Below are positions 49,699 through 59,425 of a stretch of DNA of 64,000 nucleotides, one piece after another. The stretch spans positions 32,049 through 96,048 of the forward strand of contig NZ_FXTM01000005.1 of assembly GCF_900182585.1 (NCBI RefSeq). Reading direction: 5' to 3'. The notes under the pieces are model-generated. The model ran no database searches. It saw nothing but the letters and a program-made list of their open reading frames with translations, and was not told the DNA's origin. Within the stretch, counting starts at the first letter, position 1, and each line of letters starts with the position of its first letter. The position numbers and the translations under genes are program-made. Source of the stretch: Balnearium lithotrophicum. GTDB lineage: Bacteria > Aquificota > Aquificia > Desulfurobacteriales > Desulfurobacteriaceae.

Positions 49699-51488
49699 TG
49701 CTTGAACACCTTGGAGAATTCAAGAGAACCCACTACTGTGGAGATGTAACTGGAAAGGACGTTGGAGATAGAGTAAGGGTTGCAGGTTGGGTTGACTCAA
49801 CGAGGGACCACGGAGGAGTTGTTTTTGTTGACCTAAGGGACAGAACGGGGAAGGTTCAGGTTGTCTTTTCACCTGAAATCTCCGAGGAAATCGTTGAGAG
49901 GGCTAAAAAACTTAGGGATGAGTTTGTGATAGCCGTTGAGGGAGAGGTTAGGAGGAGACCTCCGGGAACTGAAAACCCGAAACTTAAAACGGGACAGGTT
50001 GAAATATATGCTGAGAAATTACAAATCCTGAACAAATCCCTTCCGCTTCCGTTCCCTATAGAGGACGATGTAAAGGTTGGGGAGGAGACAAGGTTAAAGT
50101 ATAGATTCCTTGACTTGAGAAGAAAAAAAATGGCTGAAAACATTATCTTCCGTCATAGACTCTATCAGATTACAAGGAGAGTCTTTAACGAGGAGGGATT
50201 TGTAGAGATTGAAACTCCATACCTTACAAAGAGTACTCCTGAGGGAGCAAGGGACTTTTTGGTTCCGAGCAGAATCTATCCCGGTAAGTTCTACGCCCTT
50301 CCTCAGTCCCCACAGCTCTTTAAACAGATTCTAATGGTTTCGGGATTTGACAGGTACTACCAGATTGCAAGGTGCTTCAGAGATGAGGACTTGAGGGCAG
50401 ACAGGCAGCCAGAGTTTACACAGATTGATTTTGAAATGTCCTTTGTAACTGAAAGGGACGTGATGGACGTTGCAGAGAGGCTTTTGAGGGAGCTCTACTC
50501 GGAGCTCTTAGGGGTTGAAATTGGTGAAATTCCCGTGATGACCTACGATGAGGCAATGGACAGATTTGGAACGGATAGACCGGACACGAGGTTTGGACTT
50601 GAGCTAAAGGAGATTACGGACATTGCCAAGGAGTGTCAGTTTAAGGTATTTAGAACTGTTGCTGAGAAGGGAGGAATAGTTAAGGCTATTAACTTTAAAG
50701 GTGGAGCGAAGCTCTCGAGGAAGGAAATAGACGAACTTACAAAGTTTGTTGGAATATACGGAGCGAAGGGACTTGCCTGGATAAAGGTTCTCTCGGAAGG
50801 GCTCCAATCCCCAATTGTTAAGTTCTTCTCAGAAGGAGAGATGAACAGGATACTTGAAAGGTTAGAGGCTGAGGTTGGGGATATTCTCTTCTTCGTTGCA
50901 GACAAAAAGGACGTCGTTAACCAGGCACTTGCAAACCTGAGGCTGAAACTTGGAAAGATGGCAGGGCTGATTGATGAAGACAAGGTTAACGTTCTCTGGG
51001 TTGTAGACTTTCCAATGTTTGAGTGGAACGAGGACGAAAACAGGTGGGAAGCTCTCCACCATCCGTTTACAAGCCCGAAGGAGGAGGATGTAGAGATTCT
51101 CCTTGAATCTCCAGAAAAGGTCAGGGCAAGGGCATACGACATGGTACTAAACGGCGTTGAAATAGGTGGAGGAAGTATCCGTATCCACAGGGAGGACATT
51201 CAGGAAAAGGTCTTCAAGGTTATAGGCCTTTCGGATGAGGAGGCGAAGGAGAGGTTCGGTTTCCTACTTGAAGCTCTAAAGTACGGAGCTCCACCCCACG
51301 GAGGAATGGCTTTTGGACTTGACAGGCTGTGTGCAATCATGAGAAAAGAAGAGTCAATCAGGGACGTTATAGCATTTCCGAAGACTCAGAGGGGACAGTG
51401 TTTACTTACAGGAGCTCCAGATACAGTAAGGGAGGAGCAGTTGGAAGAGCTTCACATAAAAATTGAATCTGAAGAGAACGAAGAATAG
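49698..51488 (+). CDS. aspS: Aspartate--tRNA ligase
   Basis: 596 aa with an anticodon-binding OB fold at the N-terminus, class II motifs (FRDEDLRADRQPEFTQID and GGGSIRIHR), and a GAD insertion. Confidence 0.95.
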   Translation: MLEHLGEFKRTHYCGDVTGKDVGDRVRVAGWVDSTRDHGGVVFVDLRDRTGKVQVVFSPEISEEIVERAKKLRDEFVIAVEGEVRRRPPGTENPKLKTGQVEIYAEKLQILNKSLPLPFPIEDDVKVGEETRLKYRFLDLRRKKMAENIIFRHRLYQITRRVFNEEGFVEIETPYLTKSTPEGARDFLVPSRIYPGKFYALPQSPQLFKQILMVSGFDRYYQIARCFRDEDLRADRQPEFTQIDFEMSFVTERDVMDVAERLLRELYSELLGVEIGEIPVMTYDEAMDRFGTDRPDTRFGLELKEITDIAKECQFKVFRTVAEKGGIVKAINFKGGAKLSRKEIDELTKFVGIYGAKGLAWIKVLSEGLQSPIVKFFSEGEMNRILERLEAEVGDILFFVADKKDVVNQALANLRLKLGKMAGLIDEDKVNVLWVVDFPMFEWNEDENRWEALHHPFTSPKEEDVEILLESPEKVRARAYDMVLNGVEIGGGSIRIHREDIQEKVFKVIGLSDEEAKERFGFLLEALKYGAPPHGGMAFGLDRLCAIMRKEESIRDVIAFPKTQRGQCLLTGAPDTVREEQLEELHIKIESEENEE

Positions 51489-51514
51489 GGAGGATTCTCT
51501 CCTCCCTTTACTTT
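51488..51514. terminator. Hairpin GGGAGGA-ttctc-TCCTCCC followed by TTTACTTT. Candidate bidirectional terminator between aspS and the bfr-like gene.
   Basis: 7-bp perfect stem immediately after the aspS stop, with a T-rich tail. Confidence 0.5.
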
Positions 51515-52005
51515 AAAAACTCCATGTTCATCAAATCCTCTAAAAGTCCCTGTAAATCCTCCTCGTGTTCAACCTCATCCGTCATTATCTGAAGTGCAAT
51601 GTTGTAGGTAACAGGGTCTATGTCCTTTGTAAATTTAACAATTTTGTTGTAAGTATCTATTGCACACTGTTCTCCCTTAATGTTCTGCTCCAGAATCTGC
51701 TTAACAAAGGGATTTTCAGGTGAGTCGTAACCGCAGTTTGTAAGCTCAAACCACTTCTTTGGAGTCAGAACAGGTGTTCCGCCAAGCTCTAAAATCCTCA
51801 TTGCAAGCATATCTGCATGGCGGAGCTCATCCTGGGCGTGCTGTACAAGTTCAGCAGCAACTGCCGACTTCATAGGTCCCTTAACAACCTTTGAGCCTAT
51901 CCAGTACTGGTAGTACGCAAGCCATTCATCACAGAGAGCTCTGTTTAGGAGCTCCACAATCCTATCTGCATGTTCCCCAACAAGTTCCCTTGCCTTTGTT
52001 CCCAT
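51508..52005 (-). CDS. Bacterioferritin-like ferritin-superfamily protein
   Basis: Di-iron ligand regions resembling Bfr (ELRHADMLAMRILELGG and DEVEHEEDL); 165 aa. Confidence 0.65.
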   Translation of the reverse strand: MGTKARELVGEHADRIVELLNRALCDEWLAYYQYWIGSKVVKGPMKSAVAAELVQHAQDELRHADMLAMRILELGGTPVLTPKKWFELTNCGYDSPENPFVKQILEQNIKGEQCAIDTYNKIVKFTKDIDPVTYNIALQIMTDEVEHEEDLQGLLEDLMNMEFLK

Positions 52006-52077
52006 GGTACCTCCTTTCTCCTTTTAATTAAATTTCTCTTACTTCTTCAACTTAATGCCAAAGTTTCTATTTGCAAA

Positions 52078-52707
52078 CTATTCACATTTAGCTCTTCTTA
52101 TAAAGAGCTCTACCTTCTCCCTATCCTTAATCCCAGGAGCTCTCTCAACGCCGCTGCTTACATCAATGGCGTAAGGATTAACCTCTTTTATAGCATCCCT
52201 CACGTTCTCAGGATTTAGACCACCGGAGAGAATCAGAGGAATTTGGGGAAACCTCTCCTTTACAGCCCTTGCTATTTCCCAGTTAAACGTTTTTCCAGTT
52301 CCCCCGTAGGAGCTTTCGGAGTAGGTATCAAGGAGGAGAGCTCTAATTTTTCCGATGTAGGGTTCTATTTTCTCAACTTCGTCAATCGATTTAAGCCTGA
52401 AAACTTTTATTACTCTTTCCTTTCCTATGTATTCACACTCCTCAGGAGACTCATCTCCATGAAGTTGTGCAAAGTCAAGGTTTGCGTAGCTTAGAATCTC
52501 CAAAATTGCATGGAGGTCTTCGTTGACAAATACACCGACCTTGAAAATAAAAGGAGGTAAACCTTGAGTTATCCTTCTCACCTCTTTCGCCTTTATAAAC
52601 CTCTTGCTTTTTGGATAGAGGATAAAGCCAACCGCATCAGCTCCGGCCTTAACAGTAATTAAAGCATCATTTAAATTTGTTATTCCACAGACCTTCACTC
52701 TAACCAT
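52078..52707 (-). CDS. trpF: Phosphoribosylanthranilate isomerase
   Basis: MVRVKVCGITNLNDA start and a (beta/alpha)8 protein of about 210 aa. It is a lone trp gene here. Confidence 0.8.
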   Translation of the reverse strand: MVRVKVCGITNLNDALITVKAGADAVGFILYPKSKRFIKAKEVRRITQGLPPFIFKVGVFVNEDLHAILEILSYANLDFAQLHGDESPEECEYIGKERVIKVFRLKSIDEVEKIEPYIGKIRALLLDTYSESSYGGTGKTFNWEIARAVKERFPQIPLILSGGLNPENVRDAIKEVNPYAIDVSSGVERAPGIKDREKVELFIRRAKCE

Positions 52708-52755
52708 TTATTACTCCTCCTTTTAATGTTTATTTATTCTAAACCTTTTCTTATC

Positions 52756-52792
52756 TGACAAAATTTGTCATAAATCATGACAAAAATTGTCA
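52756..52792. promoter_or_regulatory. Two palindromic sites, TGACAAAATTTGTCA (52756-52770) and TGACAAAAATTGTCA (52778-52792), 22 bp centre to centre. Candidate enhancer-binding-protein upstream activating sequences.
   Basis: Inverted repeats read directly from the sequence, roughly 60-90 bp upstream of a sigma54-like -24/-12 element. Confidence 0.5.
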
Positions 52793-52843
52793 CTTTGTTA
52801 AATAAATAGGATTTATTTTTCTACTGCTCAAAAAGTTTGCAGT

Positions 52844-52860
52844 TTGGTATAAAATTTGCT
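52844..52860 (+). promoter_or_regulatory. Sigma54-type promoter candidate, TTGGTAT-aaaat-TTGCT. GG at 52846-47 (-24) and GC at 52858-59 (-12).
   Basis: Exact GG-N10-GC spacing with a TTGC core, about 40 bp upstream of the pilin ATG at 52900. Confidence 0.5.
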
Positions 52861-52899
52861 TATACTTTAAGTTGGAAAACAAAATTTAGGAGGTGTTTT

Positions 52900-53400
52900 A
52901 TGAGAAGGGCATTTACACTTGTTGAACTGTTAATCGTTATTGCAATTATTGCAATTCTCGCAGCAATTGCAATTCCTCAGTTCAGTAAGTACAAACAGAG
53001 AGCTTACGTTGCGGCAATGAAATCGGATGCTCACAATATTATTGCTGCAGAAGAGGCCTACTTTGCTTCACAAGATAAATATGCAACAGGTGATTTAGTT
53101 AACTACAGCAATGGTAAACTTCAATTAAAAGATTCTAATGGAAACGTTGTAGCTGAAGTTCCCCTTTCAAATAATGTTGTGATGTTAAAAGTTGAAGGCA
53201 ATGAAGCTAACCTTACAGTAACTAAGGATAAAAAAGCTACTTCTGGAAGTGAAGCAATTGCCAGTTTAACTTGCTCTGATGGCTCACCAGGGTACGGATT
53301 TGCCCTTGGACATGAATATATGAAAAGTAATAATAATTATGTTCCATATGTTGAGTTTAACTCATGCACTGACAAAGCACCCGTAGAAAAATTACAATAA
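52900..53400 (+). CDS. Type IV pilin (major pilin candidate), class III signal peptide
   Basis: MRRAFTLVELLIVIAIIAILAAIAIPQF prepilin leader with Glu+5, and C-terminal Cys residues for a disulfide loop. RBS AGGAGG before the ATG at 52900. Confidence 0.85.
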   Translation: MRRAFTLVELLIVIAIIAILAAIAIPQFSKYKQRAYVAAMKSDAHNIIAAEEAYFASQDKYATGDLVNYSNGKLQLKDSNGNVVAEVPLSNNVVMLKVEGNEANLTVTKDKKATSGSEAIASLTCSDGSPGYGFALGHEYMKSNNNYVPYVEFNSCTDKAPVEKLQ

Positions 53401-53405
53401 ATCTT

Positions 53406-53431
53406 AGGCCCCTATTGGGGCTTCTTCTTTT
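53406..53431 (+). terminator. Hairpin AGGCCCC-tatt-GGGGCTT followed by CTTCTTTT. Candidate intrinsic terminator or attenuator after the first pilin gene.
   Basis: GC stem and T-rich tail read directly in the 49-bp gap between the pilin genes. Confidence 0.5.
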
Positions 53432-53449
53432 AAAGGAAATTGAAGTAAA

Positions 53450-53929
53450 ATGTTCAAAAAAGAAGGATTCACGTTAGTTGAAGTTTTAATAGTAATTGTA
53501 ATTATTAGTATTCTAACAACAATAGCTATAGCTTCATTTAAAATATACAAAACTCTTACAAGAAACTCAATTGCTCTATATGACCTTAAAAATTTAATAA
53601 ATGATGAACTTGCTTACTATTCAATAAATCAGAAATTCGCTCCCTTTTCTGCAGAAGATGTAACTCAAAACGGAATAATTAGAGTAGATGGTTTTGAACA
53701 CAAGTATCTATCAAAGGATATTAGGGCTGTTGCAAAAGTTAATGGAAGCTATGCGAACTTTTGCACAAAGCATACTTACGGCGATAAAATATACGCATAT
53801 CAAACAGAAAACGATATGATTTACTGGAAGAAAAGTTCAATAGGCTATCCGTTACAGGACGATGACTGCCCCGATGCAACTCCAAACAACGACTTTGTAG
53901 GGTGGCATACGCTGGCTCAAAAACAGTAG
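53450..53929 (+). CDS. Type IV pilin-like protein (second, divergent pilin/pseudopilin)
   Basis: MFKKEGFTLVEVLIVIVIISIL prepilin-type N-terminal methylation motif, with C-terminal Cys residues. Confidence 0.8.
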   Translation: MFKKEGFTLVEVLIVIVIISILTTIAIASFKIYKTLTRNSIALYDLKNLINDELAYYSINQKFAPFSAEDVTQNGIIRVDGFEHKYLSKDIRAVAKVNGSYANFCTKHTYGDKIYAYQTENDMIYWKKSSIGYPLQDDDCPDATPNNDFVGWHTLAQKQ

Positions 53930-53998
53930 AAATCCCCCAAAGATATTCTCAATCCTATATTTAAATCTCCAAAAACTCAAATTAAAAGAGGTAAAGAT

Positions 53999-55234
53999 AT
54001 GTTTGAAACAAAAATTCCCGAAAGAAGGTGTTCGTTTTGCGGTAGGGGTCAGAATGAAGTAGAGGCTTTAATAACCGGTCCAAAGGGTGTAGCAATTTGT
54101 AACGTATGCGTTGATGAGTGTTACAAGATGCTCCATGAGAATGAGGAGAGTAAAAAGGGAGCTCCTGTCAGCATAGACAAACTCCCAACTCCAAAGGAGA
54201 TTAAGGAGTTCTTAGACCAATACGTAATAGGTCAGGAGGAGGCCAAAAAGATTCTCTCCGTTGCAGTTTACAACCACTACAAGAGGATACTTTCAGGTGG
54301 AACTGTTGACGATGTAGAGATTGAAAAGAGCAACATTCTCCTTATAGGCCCGACAGGTTCAGGAAAAACGCTCCTTGCAAGGTCTCTTGCAAAGCTCCTT
54401 GACGTTCCCTTTGCAATTGCAGATGCAACAACCCTAACTGAGGCTGGATATGTAGGTGAGGACGTTGAGAACATTCTGTTAAGGCTCATTCAGGCTGCAG
54501 ACTACGATATTGAGAAGGCTGAGAGGGGAATTATCTACATTGATGAGATAGACAAGATTTCGAGAAAGAGTGAAAATCCATCAATAACGAGGGATGTTTC
54601 GGGGGAAGGCGTTCAGCAGGCATTACTTAAAATTTTAGAGGGAACTATTGCAAACGTTCCTCCTCAGGGTGGAAGAAAGCACCCTCATCAGCAGTACATT
54701 CAGATTGATACATCAAACATCCTGTTCATCTGTGGTGGAGCATTTGTAGGACTTGAAGAGATAATTTCAAGGAGAATTGGAAAGGGAAGTTTGGGATTTA
54801 CCGCAGACGTTGACAAGAAAAAGTTGGAGAGGGACGAACTTTTAAAGCACGTTGAGCCTGACGACCTTGTTAAGTTTGGGCTCATTCCGGAGCTCATAGG
54901 AAGGCTTCCTGTTGTTGCAACCCTTAAGGAGTTGGGAGAGGAGGACTTAGTCAGGGTTTTAACAGAGCCTAAAAACGCTTTAGTTAAACAGTACAAGAAG
55001 ATGCTTGAGCTTGAAGGTGTAGAGCTAGAGTTTACAGAGGGAGCTCTAAGGGAAATTGCAAGGGAAGCGATAAGGAGAAAGACGGGAGCAAGAGGACTCA
55101 GGGCAATCATGGAAAAGCTCATGACGGACGTTATGTTTGAAGTTCCTACGAGAAAGGACATAAAGAAGGTTATAATTGATGAGGAATCTGTAAAGACGGG
55201 AAAGCCGAAGTACGAACTGACCAAAGCATCTTAG
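53999..55234 (+). CDS. clpX: ATP-dependent Clp protease ATP-binding subunit ClpX
   Basis: N-terminal zinc-binding CSFCGR...CNVC, Walker A GPTGSGKT, Walker [10 protein letters not shown] and the pore loop GYVGED. Confidence 0.95.
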   Translation: MFETKIPERRCSFCGRGQNEVEALITGPKGVAICNVCVDECYKMLHENEESKKGAPVSIDKLPTPKEIKEFLDQYVIGQEEAKKILSVAVYNHYKRILSGGTVDDVEIEKSNILLIGPTGSGKTLLARSLAKLLDVPFAIADATTLTEAGYVGEDVENILLRLIQAADYDIEKAERGIIYIDEIDKISRKSENPSITRDVSGEGVQQALLKILEGTIANVPPQGGRKHPHQQYIQIDTSNILFICGGAFVGLEEIISRRIGKGSLGFTADVDKKKLERDELLKHVEPDDLVKFGLIPELIGRLPVVATLKELGEEDLVRVLTEPKNALVKQYKKMLELEGVELEFTEGALREIAREAIRRKTGARGLRAIMEKLMTDVMFEVPTRKDIKKVIIDEESVKTGKPKYELTKAS

Positions 55235-55243
55235 GGGGAAAAG

Positions 55244-55999
55244 TTGAGGAGGCTTTTAATAGCTGGAAACTGGAAGATGAACAAAACTGTTCCTGAAGCA
55301 CTCTCACTCGTTAGGGAACTTAAAAAACTTGTAAGTGATGTGAACGATAGAGACATTCTTGTCTGTCCTCCATTTACAGCCCTCTATCCTGTTGGAAAGG
55401 AGCTTAAGGGTTCAAACATCCTCTTAGGTGCTCAGAATATGTTCTACGAGGAAAAGGGAGCATTTACCGGGGAAATTTCTCCAATTATGCTAAAGGATGT
55501 TGGAGCTTCCTACGTAATATTGGGGCACTCGGAGAGAAGACACATATTCGGAGAGACCGACGATTTAATCAATAAAAAGGTCATCTCTGCAGCAAAGCAT
55601 GGTTTAACACCTATTCTGTGTGTTGGAGAGCTCTTAGAGGAGAGAGAGAGGGGAGAGACGGAAGTAGTCGTTGAAAGACAGGTTAGGGAAGGGCTCAAAG
55701 GATTAAGTAGGGAGAGTGAGTTTGTAATAGCCTACGAGCCGGTCTGGGCGATAGGGACGGGAAAGACGGCAACTCCGGAGCAGGCCCAGGAAGTCCACAA
55801 ATTTATAAGGGGACTTCTATCGGAAATTTTTGACAGCGAAAAGGCAAAGAGAGTTAGAATTCTCTACGGTGGAAGTGTAAAACCTGAAAATGCTAAGAGT
55901 TTGCTTGAGATGTCCGACATTGATGGAGCTCTCGTTGGAGGAGCAAGCCTTAAGGCAGAGAGCTTTTCGAAAATAGTTAAGTTTGATAGGGAGGAGTAA
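55244..55999 (+). CDS. tpiA: Triosephosphate isomerase
   Basis: AGNWKMN start (TTG), catalytic GHSERR and EPVWAIGTG motifs. Confidence 0.95.
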   Translation: MRRLLIAGNWKMNKTVPEALSLVRELKKLVSDVNDRDILVCPPFTALYPVGKELKGSNILLGAQNMFYEEKGAFTGEISPIMLKDVGASYVILGHSERRHIFGETDDLINKKVISAAKHGLTPILCVGELLEERERGETEVVVERQVREGLKGLSRESEFVIAYEPVWAIGTGKTATPEQAQEVHKFIRGLLSEIFDSEKAKRVRILYGGSVKPENAKSLLEMSDIDGALVGGASLKAESFSKIVKFDREE

Positions 56000-56280
56000 T
56001 GTTTACGTTTCTCTTGATAGTTCACGCACTCCTGGCCCTTCTTCTTATTCTTGTTGTCATTATCCAGCCGGGTCAGAGTGAAGGTGGAGTTGCAATGATG
56101 GGTGGAACTGCAACGGGCTCTGCATTTGGAGCTGAGACAGGAGCAGTTCTAACGAAAACAACGGCGGTTTTGGGTGCACTTTTTCTACTAAATTCACTGC
56201 TCCTTTCAGTTGTCGGTTCAAAGTACTTGGGACAGTCCTCAGTTGTAGAAAAGGTAAAGGTTGAGAAGAGGGCAAAGTGA
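55999..56280 (+). CDS. secG: Preprotein translocase subunit SecG
   Basis: 93 aa with two TM helices and a Gly-rich loop (GQSEGGVAMMGGTATGSAFG). Coupled to the tpiA stop, matching the conserved tpiA-secG pair. Confidence 0.8.
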   Translation: MFTFLLIVHALLALLLILVVIIQPGQSEGGVAMMGGTATGSAFGAETGAVLTKTTAVLGALFLLNSLLLSVVGSKYLGQSSVVEKVKVEKRAK

Positions 56281-56813
56281 GGTTCTTCCTCCTTACCCTT
56301 ATTTTCTCCATTTTCCTTTTCGGATGTGAAAATAAACCAGTATCCTATCCCTCAGGAAGTATAGAAACCTCAGCCTACTTTTCACCTAAGGGTGGCTGCA
56401 CAAGGGAGATTGTTAATTTAATAAACCACTCCCATAGGAATATAGATATTGCTATTTACTCTTTTACAAGCAGGAGAATAGCAAAAGCCTTGATTGATGC
56501 CCACAACAGGGGAGTAAAGGTTAGAGTAATAATAGACGAGGGGAACGGTAAGTCCCGATTCTGCGTAGGCCCACTCCTTCAAAGTGCAGGTATAGAGGTA
56601 AGATACAAAAGGGGAAGCGGTGGTGGGCTTATGCACAACAAGTATGCAATTTACGATAATAAAATAGTATCAACGGGAAGTTTCAACTGGACAGGAAGTG
56701 CTGAGCGAAGGAACGATGAGAATTTGGTTGTTATTAAGAATAATGGAAAATTGATTAAACTCTACAGGAAAAACTTTGAAAAACTCTGGAAGTTGGCAGG
56801 TTTAACAAATTGA
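56277..56813 (+). CDS. Phospholipase D-family (Nuc-like) nuclease/phosphodiesterase, secreted lipoprotein
   Basis: Signal peptide with lipobox LFGC and a single HKD motif (LMHNKYAIYDNKIVSTGSFNWTGSAERRNDEN); 178 aa. Confidence 0.75.
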   Translation: MRFFLLTLIFSIFLFGCENKPVSYPSGSIETSAYFSPKGGCTREIVNLINHSHRNIDIAIYSFTSRRIAKALIDAHNRGVKVRVIIDEGNGKSRFCVGPLLQSAGIEVRYKRGSGGGLMHNKYAIYDNKIVSTGSFNWTGSAERRNDENLVVIKNNGKLIKLYRKNFEKLWKLAGLTN

Positions 56814-59425
56814 ACCTCGAGGCTTTAAAGGAAAAGTACTTTGAAAAGTTAGAGAAGGCAAAAGAGTTCCATTACAGAAAAAAAACGGGCTTTGAAGTTG
56901 CCGAAGAACTGAAAAAAGCTTTGGATGCCCTGTTAAAGCCCGCTTTTAAAGAGTTCTTTGGAAAGTGGGATATTCCTGTAGCTCTCTTTGCCTTGGGGGG
57001 TTACGGAAGGGGAGAGCTAAACTTCCACTCAGATATAGACGTTAACTTGATTTACGCTGGAAAACTCTCTGAAGCCCACACTGAGGACATTGAGGGTTTC
57101 TACTACTTTCTACTCTCACTTAACAGGGACCTGGGGTTTTCACCAAGGAGCGTGGACGAGGCTTTGGAGCTCTCAAAGAGCGACCTCTCAATCTTCACAA
57201 ATATCCTCCAGAGGAGGTTTTTAACAGGAGAAGAGGAGATAGAGGAAAAGTTAGGAGGTCTCCTTTCCGAATTTATCAGGAAAAACAGGAAAAACCTGGT
57301 CAATGAGATTTTATCTGCAAGAAGGGATAGATACAGGCGTTTTTACGGAACTGTTTACTACCAGGAACCAAATGTGAAGGAGAGTAAGGGAGGACTCAGG
57401 GACCTACATGAGGCCTTCTGGATAGCAAAGGTTGTTTTTGGTATAGAGAACTATTCAGGATTTTTAGACAGAAAGATTTTAGACAGACAGAGCTTCAGGG
57501 AGGCAATTTCAGCCTATGACTTTTTACTCAGAGTGAGGAATCAATTACACCTCTTGGCCGGGAGGAAGAGCGACATCCTCTCATTTGAGATGCAGAGGGA
57601 GGTTGCAACATTCTTCGGGTTTCCCTTAGATAGGCAGGGGGTTGAGCTATTTATGAAGAACTACTTCAACTCTGCAACAGACATAGCCGTTACAACTAAG
57701 GAGGTAATAAAGACCTCTTTGGAGGAGCTCCAGGAGGAAAAAAAGGAGTTTCCATTTATACTGAGTGAAAATCGGGAAGACTTTGGGGAGTTTTTTGCAG
57801 AGAGGGGAACCCTTTACATCAAGGAGGAGTTTAAGAGCTCCATTTTAAAGGAGCCGAAACTGGTTCTAAAGGGATTCAAGATTCTACAGGAAACAGGTTA
57901 TTCAATGTCTGCAGAGACCTTTTCAATCTTTAAACTCTCTGCAGAAACCCAGAAAAACAGGTTCAGGGGAAAGAGGGTTTTAAGGGAGTTTAAAGGTATC
58001 TTAAAAAACCAGAAGAGGCTCTCCTTTGTTTTGGAGGCCATGCACGATACGAAAGTTTTGGGAGCTCTCATTCCAGACTTTGAGAGGTTGAGGGGACACT
58101 TTCAGTACGACACGTACCACAAGTTTACAACGGACATTCACTCAATTCTGACCGTTAGGGAGCTTGAAAAGTTAGAGGAAAAGGGAACAAATGAGACATC
58201 CGTTCAGGAGAAGGAGAAACTCTCGCAGATTCTAAAGGACTTGGAAAAACCTCAAACCCTCTACGTTGCAGCCCTCTTTCACGACATAGGAAAGGGAAAA
58301 CCGGGAAAACACGAGATTGTAGGTTCAAAGCTAACAGAGAAGTACACATCTGTAATGGGCTTTTCAGAGGAGGAGATTGAGGAAATATCTTGGCTTGTGA
58401 GAAACCACCTCCTCATGTCCCACCTTGCGTTTAGAAGGGACATAACGGATCCTAACCTGATTGAAAAATTCAAGGAGGAGTGTAAAACTGAGGAGAAGTT
58501 GAAGAAGCTCTTTTTACTAACCTATGCAGACATTAAGGCAGTTGGGCCCGGTGCTTGGGATAATTGGAAGAGCTCCCTTCTCTGGCAGCTCTACAATACA
58601 ACGTACAACTTATTTGTAGAGAATAAAACGGCAGAGGAGCTCATTGAGGAGAAGCTAAAGAGGAGAAGGGAAAAGGTTAAGGAGTTATTAAAGGGAAAAA
58701 TAAAACCGGAGTCTGTTGAGAGGTTCTTTAAAAATGCAGACAGGGATTACCTAATTACTTACTCATCCTCAGAAATCTCAAAACACCTCTTAATGATGAA
58801 GGAAATCAGAAGGGAGGGAAGGGAGTACGAGTTCTACCACGAGAGCTTCCCCGATATGGGATACACGAAATTGACGATAGTTACAAAGTACAGAAGGGGG
58901 CTCTTTAACAGAGTTGCAGGGCTTCTTTCATACTTAGGTATAAACATCAAGGGAGCAAACATAAACAGGGCAATTGAGGACGACTGCGACTGTATGGTCT
59001 ATACGATTCAGGTTTCAACTGTAGCTGATGAGGCTTTACCCTGCGATACGGTTGAAAGGTTGGAGAAAAAATTGAGGGAGCTCTACGAGGGAAGGTTAAA
59101 CTTTGAGGAGATAGAAGTTGTTATGAGACCAAAGGCTTTTAGAAGAAACGTTCCAATTCCTGAAACGAAGGTAAAGGTTGACAATAGAACGTCTGAAAAG
59201 TACACGATAGTTGAGGTTTCAACTCTTGATAGGTTGGGCGTTCTCTACACAATAACGAAAATTCTTTTGGAGGAAAAAACGAGGCTCAGGAGAGCTCTCA
59301 TAACAACGGAAGGAAACAGGGTAATAGACAGCTTCTACATAACAGACATGGATTATAAAAAAATTACCGATGAGGAGAGAATAAATTCCCTAAAGGAGAG
59401 AATAGAGGAAGCAATTAGACCCTAA
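56810..59425 (+). CDS. glnD: [Protein-PII] uridylyltransferase/uridylyl-removing enzyme GlnD
   Basis: NTase motif GGYGRGEL, HD domain (FHDIGKG) and two C-terminal ACT-like domains; 871 aa. Confidence 0.85.
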   Translation: MNLEALKEKYFEKLEKAKEFHYRKKTGFEVAEELKKALDALLKPAFKEFFGKWDIPVALFALGGYGRGELNFHSDIDVNLIYAGKLSEAHTEDIEGFYYFLLSLNRDLGFSPRSVDEALELSKSDLSIFTNILQRRFLTGEEEIEEKLGGLLSEFIRKNRKNLVNEILSARRDRYRRFYGTVYYQEPNVKESKGGLRDLHEAFWIAKVVFGIENYSGFLDRKILDRQSFREAISAYDFLLRVRNQLHLLAGRKSDILSFEMQREVATFFGFPLDRQGVELFMKNYFNSATDIAVTTKEVIKTSLEELQEEKKEFPFILSENREDFGEFFAERGTLYIKEEFKSSILKEPKLVLKGFKILQETGYSMSAETFSIFKLSAETQKNRFRGKRVLREFKGILKNQKRLSFVLEAMHDTKVLGALIPDFERLRGHFQYDTYHKFTTDIHSILTVRELEKLEEKGTNETSVQEKEKLSQILKDLEKPQTLYVAALFHDIGKGKPGKHEIVGSKLTEKYTSVMGFSEEEIEEISWLVRNHLLMSHLAFRRDITDPNLIEKFKEECKTEEKLKKLFLLTYADIKAVGPGAWDNWKSSLLWQLYNTTYNLFVENKTAEELIEEKLKRRREKVKELLKGKIKPESVERFFKNADRDYLITYSSSEISKHLLMMKEIRREGREYEFYHESFPDMGYTKLTIVTKYRRGLFNRVAGLLSYLGINIKGANINRAIEDDCDCMVYTIQVSTVADEALPCDTVERLEKKLRELYEGRLNFEEIEVVMRPKAFRRNVPIPETKVKVDNRTSEKYTIVEVSTLDRLGVLYTITKILLEEKTRLRRALITTEGNRVIDSFYITDMDYKKITDEERINSLKERIEEAIRP

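Noticed and set aside
50636-51199. 187-aa minus-strand ORF inside aspS. Similar long antisense ORFs occur at 40590-41153, 39332-39946, 54700-55224 and 12390-12665.
   Set aside because: Each is fully contained antisense to a well-supported conserved gene and has Ser/Pro/Leu-rich low-complexity translations with no motifs. These are typical shadow ORFs produced by GAG/CTC-biased codon usage.
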